In this document: positions 51,696 through 61,912 of the stretch, piece by piece
Layout of the letters: each line of letters begins with the position of its first letter
How positions within the stretch are numbered: the first letter of the stretch is position 1
DNA from: an uncultured cyanobacterium
GTDB lineage: Bacteria > Cyanobacteriota > Cyanobacteriia > PCC-9006 > JAAUQQ01
Direction: 5' to 3'
DNA length: 64,000 nucleotides
NCBI GenBank assembly: GCA_963718615.1
Contig: OY970368.1
Location: 1,408,001 to 1,472,000, forward strand
Position numbers and translations under genes: made by a program
Notes under the pieces: generated by a model
Told to the model about the DNA's origin: nothing
Database searches by the model: none
What the model saw: the letters and a program-made list of their open reading frames with translations, nothing else

Positions 51696-54245
51696 ATGAC
51701 CCCTCCCAGCCCCCTCCCCAACTGGAAGCAACTTCACCAGGCTTTGGCCGTTGAAGCCGAGCGGGGATTTAACAATCTCAAGGGCAATCGTTATTGGTTT
51801 AATGAGTTTTTGGCGCTCAGTTTTCAGCAACTGCCGGAGCAGTTTTCGGCGGCGGATCAGGCCCGCTGGGGGGAGATGGGCGATCGCTTCGCGGCCTACC
51901 CCGAGCTTACCTTTGCCCAGCGGCAGCATTTAATTGCGGAGACTCGCCGCACGCTTTACCAGTTGCGCAAGATCTACGAGCTGGGGACTGGGACTGGGGA
52001 TTCTAGGGTAGCTGATGGTTCTGGGATTCCCTTGGCGGGACGGGCGATCGCCTCCGAGAACAAAGCCAAAAAAACTCAAAAAACGAAAAAGCCCAAGACA
52101 ACGCCTTTGGTTAGCCCCAATCAAAATTTGGGCGGTCCGGCCATCGACCTGGAAATTCCCCTCACCCAGCTCAACGGTATCGGTCCTAAGAACGGCGAAA
52201 AACTAGCTCGGCTAGGGTTATGGACCGTGCGAGATTTGCTGTTTTACTATCCCCGCGACCATCTGGACTATGCCAAGCAGGTCAATATTCGTGAACTTGA
52301 ACCGGGAGAAATGGCGACGCTGATTGCGACGGTGAAGCGCTGCAACTGTTTTACTAGCCCTCGGAATCATAAATTGACGATTTTTGATCTGGTGGTGCGG
52401 GACCATTCGGGACAAATTAAGCTGAGTCGGTTTTATGCAGGCCATCGATTTTCCAGTCGCGGCTGGCAAGAGCAGCAAAAGCGCATGTATCCGCCGGGGG
52501 CGACGATCGCGGCTTCGGGGATGGTCAAGCAGGGCAAGTATGGCGTGACGTTGGAGGATCCGGAGATCGAAGTCTTGGACCACAGCGGCGGTCGGATCGA
52601 ATCCCTCAAAATTGGCCGAGTCGTGCCGGTCTATTCACTGACAGAAGGAATTGGGGCGGACTTGGTACGGCGGGCAGTGATTGCGGCATTGCCCTCGGCC
52701 CAGTCTCTCAAGGACGCTTTACCCAAAGGGTTGCGGGAGAAATATGGATTGGTGGGGTTGGCGGAGGCGATCGCCCAAATCCACTATCCCGACGATGCCG
52801 ACCATCTCCAAGCCGCCCGCCGCCGCTTGGTGTTTGACGAATTCTTCTATTTACAACTGGGCCTGCTTAAACGCCGCGCCCGCAATCGTCAGGAACAAAC
52901 CAGCATTGTCCTGGTGCCGACGGGAAAATTAATCGAGCAGTTCTATGAGCTGTTGCCCTTTGAGTTTACCGGGGCACAGCGGCGGGTGGTCAATGCCATT
53001 TTGACGGATTTGCAACAGCCCGTGCCGATGAACCGACTGGTCCAGGGGGACGTGGGTTCAGGTAAAACCGTGGTGGCGGTGGTGGCACTGCTGGCGGCGA
53101 TCCAGACGGGATACCAAGGGGCCTTTATGGCTCCCACGGAAGTTTTGGCTGAGCAGCACTATCGCAAACTGGTGGAATGGTTTAACCCGCTGAATCTGCC
53201 GGTGGAGTTGCTCACGGGCTCGACCAAAACCGCTAAACGGCGGGAAATCCATCGTCAGCTCGAAACTGGCGAACTGCCCTTACTTGTGGGCACCCATGCT
53301 CTAATCCAGGATCCGGTCCAGTTTAATCGCCTAGGTCTCGCGGTGATCGACGAACAGCATCGCTTCGGCGTCGCCCAACGGGCCAAGCTCCAACAAAAGG
53401 GCGACAATCCCCACGTCCTGACGATGACTGCTACGCCCATTCCCCGAACCCTGGCCCTGACACTCCATGGGGATCTCGATGTAAGTCAAATTGATGAATT
53501 GCCCCCCGGTCGCCAAGCCATTCAAACGACGGTGCTGAGCAGTAGCGATCGCCAGCAAGCCTACGATCTGATGCGTCGGCAAATTGCCCAGGGCCGCCAA
53601 GTCTATGTGGTCTTACCGCTGGTGGAAGAATCAGAAAAGCTGGATTTGAAATCGGCGATCGAAGAACATCAAATTCTTCAAGACAGTGTTTTTCCTGAAT
53701 TCAAAGTGGGGTTGCTCCATGGACGCATGAGCTCGGTGGAAAAAGATGAAGCGATTCAAGCCTTTCGCGATCGCCACACCCACCTCCTGGTCTCCACCAC
53801 CGTCGTCGAGGTCGGCGTCGATATTCCCAATGCCACGGTGATGCTGATCGAACATGCGGAGCGGTTTGGTCTTTCTCAACTGCACCAGTTGCGGGGGCGC
53901 GTCGGGCGAGGAGCCTCCCAGTCCTACTGTTTATTAATGAGTGCCTCCAAAAACGAAACTGCCCAGCAACGGCTCAAGGTCATGGAGCAATCCCAGGACG
54001 GCTTTTTTATCTCGGAAATGGATATGCGCTTTCGCGGACCCGGCCAAGTGCTAGGCACTCGCCAATCGGGCCTCCCAGACTTTGCTCTCGCCAGCCTGGT
54101 GGACGACCAGGAAGTTCTAGAAATGGCGCGGATGGCGGCGGAGAAGGCGATCGAAAAGGACGAAACCCTAGCCCGCTGGCCGTTAATGCAGGCGGAACTG
54201 ACCTATCGCTATAAGCGACTCATGGGTGGCGCGATTTTGACCTAG
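51696..54245 (+). CDS. recG: ATP-dependent DNA helicase RecG
   Basis: QGDVGSGKT, DEQHRFG, TATPIPRT and QLRGRVGR, with a cyanobacterial N-terminal extension. Confidence 0.97.
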   Translation: MTPPSPLPNWKQLHQALAVEAERGFNNLKGNRYWFNEFLALSFQQLPEQFSAADQARWGEMGDRFAAYPELTFAQRQHLIAETRRTLYQLRKIYELGTGTGDSRVADGSGIPLAGRAIASENKAKKTQKTKKPKTTPLVSPNQNLGGPAIDLEIPLTQLNGIGPKNGEKLARLGLWTVRDLLFYYPRDHLDYAKQVNIRELEPGEMATLIATVKRCNCFTSPRNHKLTIFDLVVRDHSGQIKLSRFYAGHRFSSRGWQEQQKRMYPPGATIAASGMVKQGKYGVTLEDPEIEVLDHSGGRIESLKIGRVVPVYSLTEGIGADLVRRAVIAALPSAQSLKDALPKGLREKYGLVGLAEAIAQIHYPDDADHLQAARRRLVFDEFFYLQLGLLKRRARNRQEQTSIVLVPTGKLIEQFYELLPFEFTGAQRRVVNAILTDLQQPVPMNRLVQGDVGSGKTVVAVVALLAAIQTGYQGAFMAPTEVLAEQHYRKLVEWFNPLNLPVELLTGSTKTAKRREIHRQLETGELPLLVGTHALIQDPVQFNRLGLAVIDEQHRFGVAQRAKLQQKGDNPHVLTMTATPIPRTLALTLHGDLDVSQIDELPPGRQAIQTTVLSSSDRQQAYDLMRRQIAQGRQVYVVLPLVEESEKLDLKSAIEEHQILQDSVFPEFKVGLLHGRMSSVEKDEAIQAFRDRHTHLLVSTTVVEVGVDIPNATVMLIEHAERFGLSQLHQLRGRVGRGASQSYCLLMSASKNETAQQRLKVMEQSQDGFFISEMDMRFRGPGQVLGTRQSGLPDFALASLVDDQEVLEMARMAAEKAIEKDETLARWPLMQAELTYRYKRLMGGAILT

Positions 54246-54795
54246 GGGCAGAAGCAACGTCAAAACCATAAAAAACCTTATTTTCTGTTTAAGCTTACGC
54301 ATAGTGACGAATGCAACAATTCGTCGTTATCTAAGTAGTAAAAAAAGTTTTGTGCTCTTAACTACAAGAGGTTTTTTGGCTTGATATTCCGAGATCTAGA
54401 GTTCTGTCTTTTTTCAGTAAGGTTCGTTTTTGTACCGCGAAACCCTCATGTTATTCGGATGTCAAAAACGAATAAATACTCGTGTTTTAAGCATCTGTTT
54501 CAATGCGTCGAAATTTAAGATAAAGCTTCGATAAAATCTCCTGCTATCCCCTCTCGATTTAGGGAGAATTAAACAGCGAAAAGAGTTTCTCGATGCGCTT
54601 ACTCAATGCGCTTGTTTAATTCGTCTCTCCGCTTGAATTACGTTTTAATCATGCTCCGTACTGTGCTACCCTTCCTGCTCAAATTTTGAACTCAGCTCAT
54701 CTTGAATCCACTCTGTTCAATATTGAGTTCAACATTCATTTGAAGTTTGCTCTGAACTCCGGTCTGTGCTTTTTGTGCCCAAAAAACCTTTACCT

Positions 54796-55020
54796 ATGCC
54801 TGAATTAATCTCTGTTATTCAAGCTCCTGTCACTCGACCTGCTGTCATTCAAGTTGCTTTCACTCAAGCTGAGCGATCGCCCCCTAAGCCATCCCCGACA
54901 GGCCATACATTCTTTGAAACAACCCAAATCCCTAATCCTCACCCTCCAACTGCTGATGAAGTAAAACACAGCGTAACCGATCAAGAGACAACCCCAGTGG
55001 CCAAATTGGCTATAAGTTAG
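54796..55020 (+). CDS. Possible small Pro/Thr-rich protein upstream of hlyD
   Basis: ORF 54766..55020 with ATG at 54796 and one HIP1 site. No recognisable domain. Confidence 0.25.
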   Translation: MPELISVIQAPVTRPAVIQVAFTQAERSPPKPSPTGHTFFETTQIPNPHPPTADEVKHSVTDQETTPVAKLAIS

Positions 55021-55078
55021 AAAAACTGCAATCCGCAATCTATGTGCCTATAAGGCTTTGTGCTTGGAGATTATCCTA

Positions 55079-56524
55079 ATGCCAGCCCGGACTCGAAATC
55101 GGTTTACATTAAACCGTTCTAATCCTTTTCTACCCACCTCTTCCTCGGTCCCATCGCGATCGCGACACCCTCGGGCACAAAATCCATCGGTGAGGGACCA
55201 TCGTGCATCGACCCCAACCGCCCCACCCACCCAGACGGCTCCCGAGGGAGAGAATGATCCCTGGTCGCCTTCCTTGGAGGCGGTGCTGGAGCAACCCCCC
55301 TCTCAACTGCCACTCTTTTTAACCCTTGGCGGATTGCTCTTTATCAGCGCCTTTGGAGCCTGGAGCTGGTTGGGTCAGTTTGATGAAATTGGCCACGCTC
55401 AGGGACGTTTGGTCCCCCAAGGAGAACTGTATAAAATTCACTCCTCAGAGGCAGGAAAAATCGTTTCTTTAGCCGTGAAGGAGGGCGATACCGTCAAAGA
55501 GGGAGACCTCATCGCCGTTCTGGATAACGATCTAGCCAAAGTTGAGTTGGAACGGCTCCGGCAGGCTAGCCAAAGCCTAGAACTTCAGCTTTTACAACAA
55601 AAGGATTTGATGGGAAAACTGCAACTGGAGCTGCAAAGTCGGCAGTTTATCAACGATGCAGATGTACAGGCCCAGCGGGTTGCCATCGCCCAAGCGGCGC
55701 TCAAGGTCGAGACCTCTTTGGGTCTCTTCCAACAATCCCAAGTGGATTTGGACAGCTATCGTGAGCGCATCAATCGCATTGAGCCCTTGGTCGCAGAAGG
55801 GGCGATCGCCCGAGAGCGCCTGTTCGATATCGAACAACAAATGCGCGATCGCCAAAGTAATGTGATTCAAAACCAAGGCGGTGTCGCCCAGGCGCAAACT
55901 GAGGTTCAGCAGCTCAAGGCGTTGCTGGATCAGCGAATGGCGGAGGGGCAACGCAGCGTTTTTGAAGGGCAGCAGCAGTTGCAAAGCCTGATTCTGCAAA
56001 TCACGCAGCTTCAGGGTAAGCTACAGGAGAATGAAACCCTACTGCGCAGTGCCCAGACTCGGTTTCAGCAATATTTTTTGCATGCGCCGGTCAGCGGCAT
56101 TGTTTCGTCCCTCGCCATCAAAAATCCCGGTGAGGTGATTCAGCCGGGACAAACCCTGCTTGAAATGCGTTCCAGCGATGATCCTTTGGTTCTCGAAGCC
56201 GCACTCAACAGTCGAGAAGCGGGGTTTGTGAAAGTGGGAATGCCAGTCAAGATCAAGTTTGATGCCTATCCCTATCAAAAGTTTGGGGTCATTTCTGGCA
56301 AGGTTGTCTTCACCTCACCCGACAGTGAAATTGATCCCCAGCTTGGGGCAATTTATCGCATCAAGGTCCAGCTCGAACGCAACTATATTTTGTCTGAAGA
56401 ACAGAAGGTTGAGTTTAAAGCAGGCCAAACGGCGATCGCGGATATTGTCATTCGTCGCCGCCGAATCATCGATATTCTGCTGGAACCGATTCAGCAGTTG
56501 CGTCAAAATAGTGGAGCATCTTAG
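55079..56524 (+). CDS. HlyD-family membrane fusion protein (type I / peptide export)
   Basis: TM anchor, VKEGDTVKEGDLIA lipoyl half, long coiled coil, APVSGIV, KFDAYPYQKFG and GQTAIADI. Confidence 0.93.
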   Translation: MPARTRNRFTLNRSNPFLPTSSSVPSRSRHPRAQNPSVRDHRASTPTAPPTQTAPEGENDPWSPSLEAVLEQPPSQLPLFLTLGGLLFISAFGAWSWLGQFDEIGHAQGRLVPQGELYKIHSSEAGKIVSLAVKEGDTVKEGDLIAVLDNDLAKVELERLRQASQSLELQLLQQKDLMGKLQLELQSRQFINDADVQAQRVAIAQAALKVETSLGLFQQSQVDLDSYRERINRIEPLVAEGAIARERLFDIEQQMRDRQSNVIQNQGGVAQAQTEVQQLKALLDQRMAEGQRSVFEGQQQLQSLILQITQLQGKLQENETLLRSAQTRFQQYFLHAPVSGIVSSLAIKNPGEVIQPGQTLLEMRSSDDPLVLEAALNSREAGFVKVGMPVKIKFDAYPYQKFGVISGKVVFTSPDSEIDPQLGAIYRIKVQLERNYILSEEQKVEFKAGQTAIADIVIRRRRIIDILLEPIQQLRQNSGAS

Positions 56525-56591
56525 ATAGCTTTGTTTTGCCCAGACTTTAACGGTTTTGATATTGAAGTATCACTCAGGTTGTACTCAGAAC

Positions 56592-57068
56592 ATGACGAAC
56601 TCTACATACTCCCGCTCTTCCTATTCCCAGACTTCCTACAGTCATGGATCAAAGGAGGATAAGGCATTTAACGAACAGGCGTTTTCAGATATTGTCGCGG
56701 CGATTTCTGAGGGGAAATATTCCTGGGCCTGTGTGCTGATTCTGCGGTTTGCAGGCTATAATCCCCTCCATTACATTCCCTATCGTACCTATAACCGGAT
56801 TTTGAAGGCCAATATGAACTTTCGCAGCAAACCCATGCGAAATGAAATTCGGGGTGAAATTCGAGGGACGCAAGCAGCAAATCAAATGGCTTCCCATGGG
56901 TCTGTACATTCGGATATTCAGCCCATAAATCAGCCCCTATCTCAATCTGTGAATCCACCGATGAGCGCCTGTCATATCTCAGACTTATCCCATCTTGATG
57001 TGCCTTCTGAGGAGGAAAAGCAAACGGTTCAAGGGGGACAAGGATTGCGTTGGTGGTTTCCGTTTTAG
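56592..57068 (+). CDS. HetP-family protein with a C-terminal double-glycine motif
   Basis: [29 protein letters not shown] is the HetP signature. Ends ISDLSHLD...[14 protein letters not shown]. Confidence 0.9.
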   Translation: MTNSTYSRSSYSQTSYSHGSKEDKAFNEQAFSDIVAAISEGKYSWACVLILRFAGYNPLHYIPYRTYNRILKANMNFRSKPMRNEIRGEIRGTQAANQMASHGSVHSDIQPINQPLSQSVNPPMSACHISDLSHLDVPSEEEKQTVQGGQGLRWWFPF

Positions 57069-57155
57069 TAGTTTCTGTTCTAGTGGTTTCTGTTCTAATC
57101 CTCGTTTGATTTAACTTCTGCCATTGTTTTGTCCATCCCTAGGGGAAGCAAAAAT

Positions 57156-60100
57156 ATGATCCAAGGCCTGAATTTGCTCAATTTTCAGAAGCCTTCCAGC
57201 CCTGCCCATCGCCAAATTTGTGAGCAAGCGATCGCCCAGTGGTTAGCCCAAACGAGCTGTGATTTACAGTTGGCCGCTAAGCTGAACCAAACGGTTGAAT
57301 GGGCTGCTGTAGAGTTGGGGACGGTGATTTTAGAAGGACAAACCCAGCCGCAGTTTGCCTCGCCGGAGGAGGCGGCGGTTTATTGGGTGGTGCAGGGCCG
57401 AGTGCGGATTTTGTGTCCCAGTGGTTCACGGCGAGAGGTGTCCGCTCAGGTGCTCGAAACGGGGGCGACGCTAAGTCAGGCAGCCCTGTGGATGGAATCC
57501 CCCCTTGCCTATCGGGCCGTAGCGGCAGGCAGCGGCTGGGTGGCGCGCATAGCCGCAAAAGAACTCAAGCCCTGGCTAGAGCAGTGGCCAGAGCTGGCAA
57601 CGTTGCTGCGCCAAGAGGCCCAAACCCGAGACAATCTGATCTTTTTTAAGAGCCAGGTGTTTACAGAGGGGCGATCGCCCACCAGCTATCAGTTGCAAAA
57701 GCTACTGGAAAATCTGGAAACCCAGGGAATAGGGCCGGGTCAATCCCTGCAAGCCTTGGAGGCAACGGATTATTACTGGTTGCGTCGAGGGTCTATCGGG
57801 CTGCGCAATCCTGACGCCCCTGACCATCCCACCCCACCCCAGCCGGGGCAGGGCTGGGGCTATCCAGCATCGGGAGCAGCCCATTGGGTCGCCCAAGAAC
57901 CGCTGGTGATCTATCGGCTACCGCGCGATCGCTGGGCCGATATCCACAGTGTGGCCCCCGATATTTTGCCCTTTTGGCAACCGGTGGAAGGGGCGGAAGG
58001 CACAACTTCGACCTCAGAAGACGACTATCCCTCCGAGCAAACCCTCCATCGTCGACTGACGCGGCGACGCAATCAACGCCCCCACCAAACCCCACCGGCC
58101 ATCGCGAGTCTTGCGGGGATCAGAGCTTCGAAGGCAGGAGCGGCCTCGACCCCCAACCCAACCCCAGCGGGGAGCGATCGCCGCCGCAGCGAACCCAATG
58201 TCGAATTTCCTACGCCCCGTCACCGTCCCCTAGGACATCGGCTCTGGCGTCGCTATCCGTTTATTGCTCAGCAAAGCGCGGCGGATTGCGGTCCCACCTG
58301 TTTGGCCATGATTGCTCAGTATTGGGGACATCGGCTCAATCTCAATGTTCTGCGGGAAATGGCCTATGTGGGACGTTCGGGGGCAACCATCAAAAACCTA
58401 GCGGGGGCCGCAGAAAAGGCCGGATTTGCCGCTCGACCCGTGCGGGCGAGTTTGAGCGTGTTGGCAGAACAACGGCTGCCTTGGGTGGCTCACTGGCAAG
58501 GGGATCACTACGTCGTGGTCTATCGGGTGCAGGGCGATCGCCTTTGGCTCGCCGATCCAGCGCGGGGTAAGCGCCAAATTTCCCGGCAGTTATTTCAGCG
58601 CAACTGGAGTGGCTATGCGCTGCTGTTGGAACCCACCGATCGGCTCAAACAATCGGAAGCGGCACAGAAAGCCTCCTTGGGACGATTTTGGAAGGTCCTT
58701 TGGCCCTATCGATCGATTCTGGGCCAGATCATTTTGATCTCGCTGTTGATGCAGGTCTTTGGTCTGGTCAGTCCGATTTTTACCCAGGTTATTTTGGACC
58801 AGGTAGTGGTGCAAAAGAGTATTGATACCCTCAATATTTTTGCCTTGGGCGCGCTTCTATTTGGCGTATGGCGGATTGGGTTAGGTTCAGTTCGACAATA
58901 TTTATTAGATTACTTCTCCAATCGACTGAATCTGACGCTGGTGAGTGCATTTGTCAATCATGCCTTGCGTCTACCCATGTCGTTTTTTGAGAATCGACAG
59001 GTCGGGGATATCATTACCCGAATTCAAGAAAATCGCAAAATTCAAGCTTTTTTAGTTCGGCAGGCGGTTTCTACTTGGTTAGATGCCACCATGGCCCTTG
59101 TTTACATGGGCCTCATGTTTTACTACAACGCCCAATTGGCCTGGTTAGTCTTAGCCTTGTTGCCGCCGATTATCCTGTTGACATTGGCTGCAACCCCTTT
59201 CTTAAAACAGCTCTCCCGTGAGGTATTTAACAAAGCGGCGGAACAGAATTCGTTGTTAGTGGAGATGCTGTCGGGCATTGCGACGGTCAAAGCCGCCGCA
59301 GCGGAGCAGGAAGTACGGTGGCGCTGGGAAGACCGTCTGACCCAATTGCTGAATATTCAATTTCAGGCTCAAAAGCTCACGAATTCCCTGCAAGTGGTGG
59401 GTGGAATTATCAATGCCGTCGGTGGTCTTGCCTTGCTGTGGTATGGTGCCAAACTGGTGATTCAAGACGAGCTCACCATTGGTCAATTGATGGCATTTAA
59501 TATGCTGATCGGCAATGTCATCGGTCCTGTATTAGCCTTGGTGGGGTTATGGGATGAATTTCAAGAGGTTTTGATTGCGGTCGAACGATTGAATGATGTC
59601 TTAGAGACATCGCCTGAAGATTTTTCGGGGCAGCCAATGTTAATCTTGCCCCAAATCAAAGGAGAAGTGCGCTTTGAAGATGTAACGTTTCGCTATGATG
59701 CGGCAGCGGATCGCAATATTTTGCAGAATGTTTCGTTCACGATTCAGTCCGGTGAAACGGTGGCGTTGGTTGGTCGAAGTGGGTCTGGAAAAACGACACT
59801 CATTAAGTTGTTGCAAGGCATGTACCATCCCACCAATGGACGCATTTTGATCGACGGTCATGATATTGCACGGGTGTCACCCAATTCTTTGCGATCGCAA
59901 ATGGGAGTGGTCCCCCAGGAATCCTTCTTATTCTCGGGCACCATTCTAGAAAATATTCAGCTTTATCGGGATGACTACAGTCTGGCGGAAGCGGTCGAAG
60001 TGGCTAAACTAGCTGAGGCCCATAGCTTTATCCAGGAGTTACCCATGGGCTATTCCACTAAAGTCGGTGAACGTGGGGCAAATCTTTCAGGGGGACAACG

Positions 60101-60392
60101 TCAGCGGGTGGCGATCGCCCGTGCCCTACTGGGAGATCCGGCCATTTTGCTGCTGGATGAAGCCACCAGTGCGCTTGACACGGAGTCCGAACGTCGTTTT
60201 CAGCAAAATCTGGCCCATATTAGTCAAGGCAGAACCACATTTATTATTGCCCACCGTCTTTCAACGGTTCGGAACGCCGATCGGATCTTGGTCCTCGACA
60301 AGGGAATCGTCGTCGAACAGGGGAATCATGAGTCCCTAGTTGCCCAGCGAGGGCTTTACTATCACCTGGCCCAACAGCAGCTTGAACTGTAG
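57156..60392 (+). CDS. Peptidase-containing ABC transporter (cNMP-like domains + C39 peptidase + ABC TM + NBD; HetC/PteB-like)
   Basis: C39 QQSAADCGPTC, HW..DHYVV and LADP. Walker A GRSGSGKT, LSGGQRQR, LDEATSALD and IAHRLST. Confidence 0.93.
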   Translation: MIQGLNLLNFQKPSSPAHRQICEQAIAQWLAQTSCDLQLAAKLNQTVEWAAVELGTVILEGQTQPQFASPEEAAVYWVVQGRVRILCPSGSRREVSAQVLETGATLSQAALWMESPLAYRAVAAGSGWVARIAAKELKPWLEQWPELATLLRQEAQTRDNLIFFKSQVFTEGRSPTSYQLQKLLENLETQGIGPGQSLQALEATDYYWLRRGSIGLRNPDAPDHPTPPQPGQGWGYPASGAAHWVAQEPLVIYRLPRDRWADIHSVAPDILPFWQPVEGAEGTTSTSEDDYPSEQTLHRRLTRRRNQRPHQTPPAIASLAGIRASKAGAASTPNPTPAGSDRRRSEPNVEFPTPRHRPLGHRLWRRYPFIAQQSAADCGPTCLAMIAQYWGHRLNLNVLREMAYVGRSGATIKNLAGAAEKAGFAARPVRASLSVLAEQRLPWVAHWQGDHYVVVYRVQGDRLWLADPARGKRQISRQLFQRNWSGYALLLEPTDRLKQSEAAQKASLGRFWKVLWPYRSILGQIILISLLMQVFGLVSPIFTQVILDQVVVQKSIDTLNIFALGALLFGVWRIGLGSVRQYLLDYFSNRLNLTLVSAFVNHALRLPMSFFENRQVGDIITRIQENRKIQAFLVRQAVSTWLDATMALVYMGLMFYYNAQLAWLVLALLPPIILLTLAATPFLKQLSREVFNKAAEQNSLLVEMLSGIATVKAAAAEQEVRWRWEDRLTQLLNIQFQAQKLTNSLQVVGGIINAVGGLALLWYGAKLVIQDELTIGQLMAFNMLIGNVIGPVLALVGLWDEFQEVLIAVERLNDVLETSPEDFSGQPMLILPQIKGEVRFEDVTFRYDAAADRNILQNVSFTIQSGETVALVGRSGSGKTTLIKLLQGMYHPTNGRILIDGHDIARVSPNSLRSQMGVVPQESFLFSGTILENIQLYRDDYSLAEAVEVAKLAEAHSFIQELPMGYSTKVGERGANLSGGQRQRVAIARALLGDPAILLLDEATSALDTESERRFQQNLAHISQGRTTFIIAHRLSTVRNADRILVLDKGIVVEQGNHESLVAQRGLYYHLAQQQLEL

Positions 60393-60565
60393 CCAGCCTC
60401 CGGGTCTCGAGGGCCGCTAGAACTTCTTGAGATTCTTGGGTCTTGGAGTATCAACTTCTGCTCCATATCACTGGACGCTAAAAATTTAAGCCAAATTGGC
60501 AACATCTATCTTCCTTTCTTCGATTCAATGGGATCTGAGGGAATAGCCTCGTAGGAGGAAAACCG

Positions 60566-61666
60566 ATGTTACGCCAGATTACTAATATCAGTCTATTGGG
60601 AAACCAATCGGGAACCCAAGGGGAAAACCAAGGGGAGGTTGGGGCGATCGCCAGGGGTCTTGAGATGACCCTCGAAGACGGGCAAGACTGGAATGGAGAT
60701 GGTTGGAACGATATTCAGGTAACACTCAATCTCACCCCTGGAAATAGCGCTGAGTTGGGGACCCAAGATGGTACCCAGGAGTATCCCTTTCAAGAAATCA
60801 CAAGCATTGCCTTTAGACTCGCTAACGGGAAGTTGGCAGGTCTCCAAATCATCGAACCATCCCCCCTAGCGGAGTCAAATCTAAATGAACCGTGGCTCCC
60901 CCCGCAGGATTACGAGGTTTGGATTCCCCTTAGCCAACCCGGAGTTGAAGATGGCGGAGTCCAAGCATTTAGCATGGTCTTCAGTCTGCCGAGTGATGGA
61001 GAGCAAATGGGGCAAGATTTGGATGCCCTGACACTGCTTCAGGATAGTCGCTGGCTCGTTCAAACCTATGGAACCCAGTCAGAATGGATCGCGGTGGAGA
61101 CCCATTCTTTTCAATTAGATCTACTCGATTCGTCTGAATCTGAAAACTCCCTTGATGCTGACAGGATAGATTTAGATCCTGAGACGGAACCTACTGATTC
61201 TGTCTTGAATCCCGAACCCAATCTTGAATCCATGCTTGATCCGGTTACAAATTTTTCTGACCCTAATAGTAACCTCAATAGCAACATTGCAGAGAATGAG
61301 ACCTTAGTCGGTGGATCTGCTTTAACATTGGGTCCAGAGGATCAGGTTGAGATTACCATTACACCCAATCTGGACGGAACGATTCCCTTTCCCCAACCGA
61401 CCCTCTCCTTTACCGAGCTACCGGGTTGGCAAATCTTTCAAAATATTTGGACAACTGTTGCATCGAGCCAGCCTGAGATTAATCAATTTACCATTATTGA
61501 CCATATCGATGGCGGCATCCGAAGTGTTGGATATTACGGCATTTCCAATCGTTCAGGTGAAGTCTTCATTGGTGGGAATACCCTCAGAGGCGTTTTTACA
61601 GAGACTTCACAGGATGATAGCGGCTCTTTTTCCTATTCACTTTCCGTTTCTTCAACCTTTCGATAA
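60566..61666 (+). CDS. Acidic hypothetical protein with an internal GG-leader-like motif (candidate export substrate)
   Basis: Strong RBS AGGAGG, no Sec signal, DWNGDGWND Ca-loop-like motif, ENETLVGG, and an S/F-alternating C-terminus. Confidence 0.65.
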   Translation: MLRQITNISLLGNQSGTQGENQGEVGAIARGLEMTLEDGQDWNGDGWNDIQVTLNLTPGNSAELGTQDGTQEYPFQEITSIAFRLANGKLAGLQIIEPSPLAESNLNEPWLPPQDYEVWIPLSQPGVEDGGVQAFSMVFSLPSDGEQMGQDLDALTLLQDSRWLVQTYGTQSEWIAVETHSFQLDLLDSSESENSLDADRIDLDPETEPTDSVLNPEPNLESMLDPVTNFSDPNSNLNSNIAENETLVGGSALTLGPEDQVEITITPNLDGTIPFPQPTLSFTELPGWQIFQNIWTTVASSQPEINQFTIIDHIDGGIRSVGYYGISNRSGEVFIGGNTLRGVFTETSQDDSGSFSYSLSVSSTFR

Positions 61667-61912
61667 AGGAGTTTGGCAAAGTAATTTAATAAGGGCATTA
61701 AGTAAAGAAATCACGTTAAACCAACAAAGTATTATCGTTTAATTGCTCGGCTTGATTAGAACTTGATTGGCATTTTGGCATCCTTTTTGTTAACGAGGCA
61801 ACTATCGTGGGTCTATGTAATTTGGCCCATTCTCTGGATTCTGTCCTTTTGTTATACCTGCAAAAAACTGCAGCAGACAATCCAGAGCCATCGTTTTTAG
61901 GAGCAATGATCT

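Noticed and set aside
54246-55078. NtcA or HetR sites upstream of the hetC/hetP-like locus
   Set aside because: No GTA-N8-TAC or convincing GGG-N5-CCC HetR-type palindrome found by eye.
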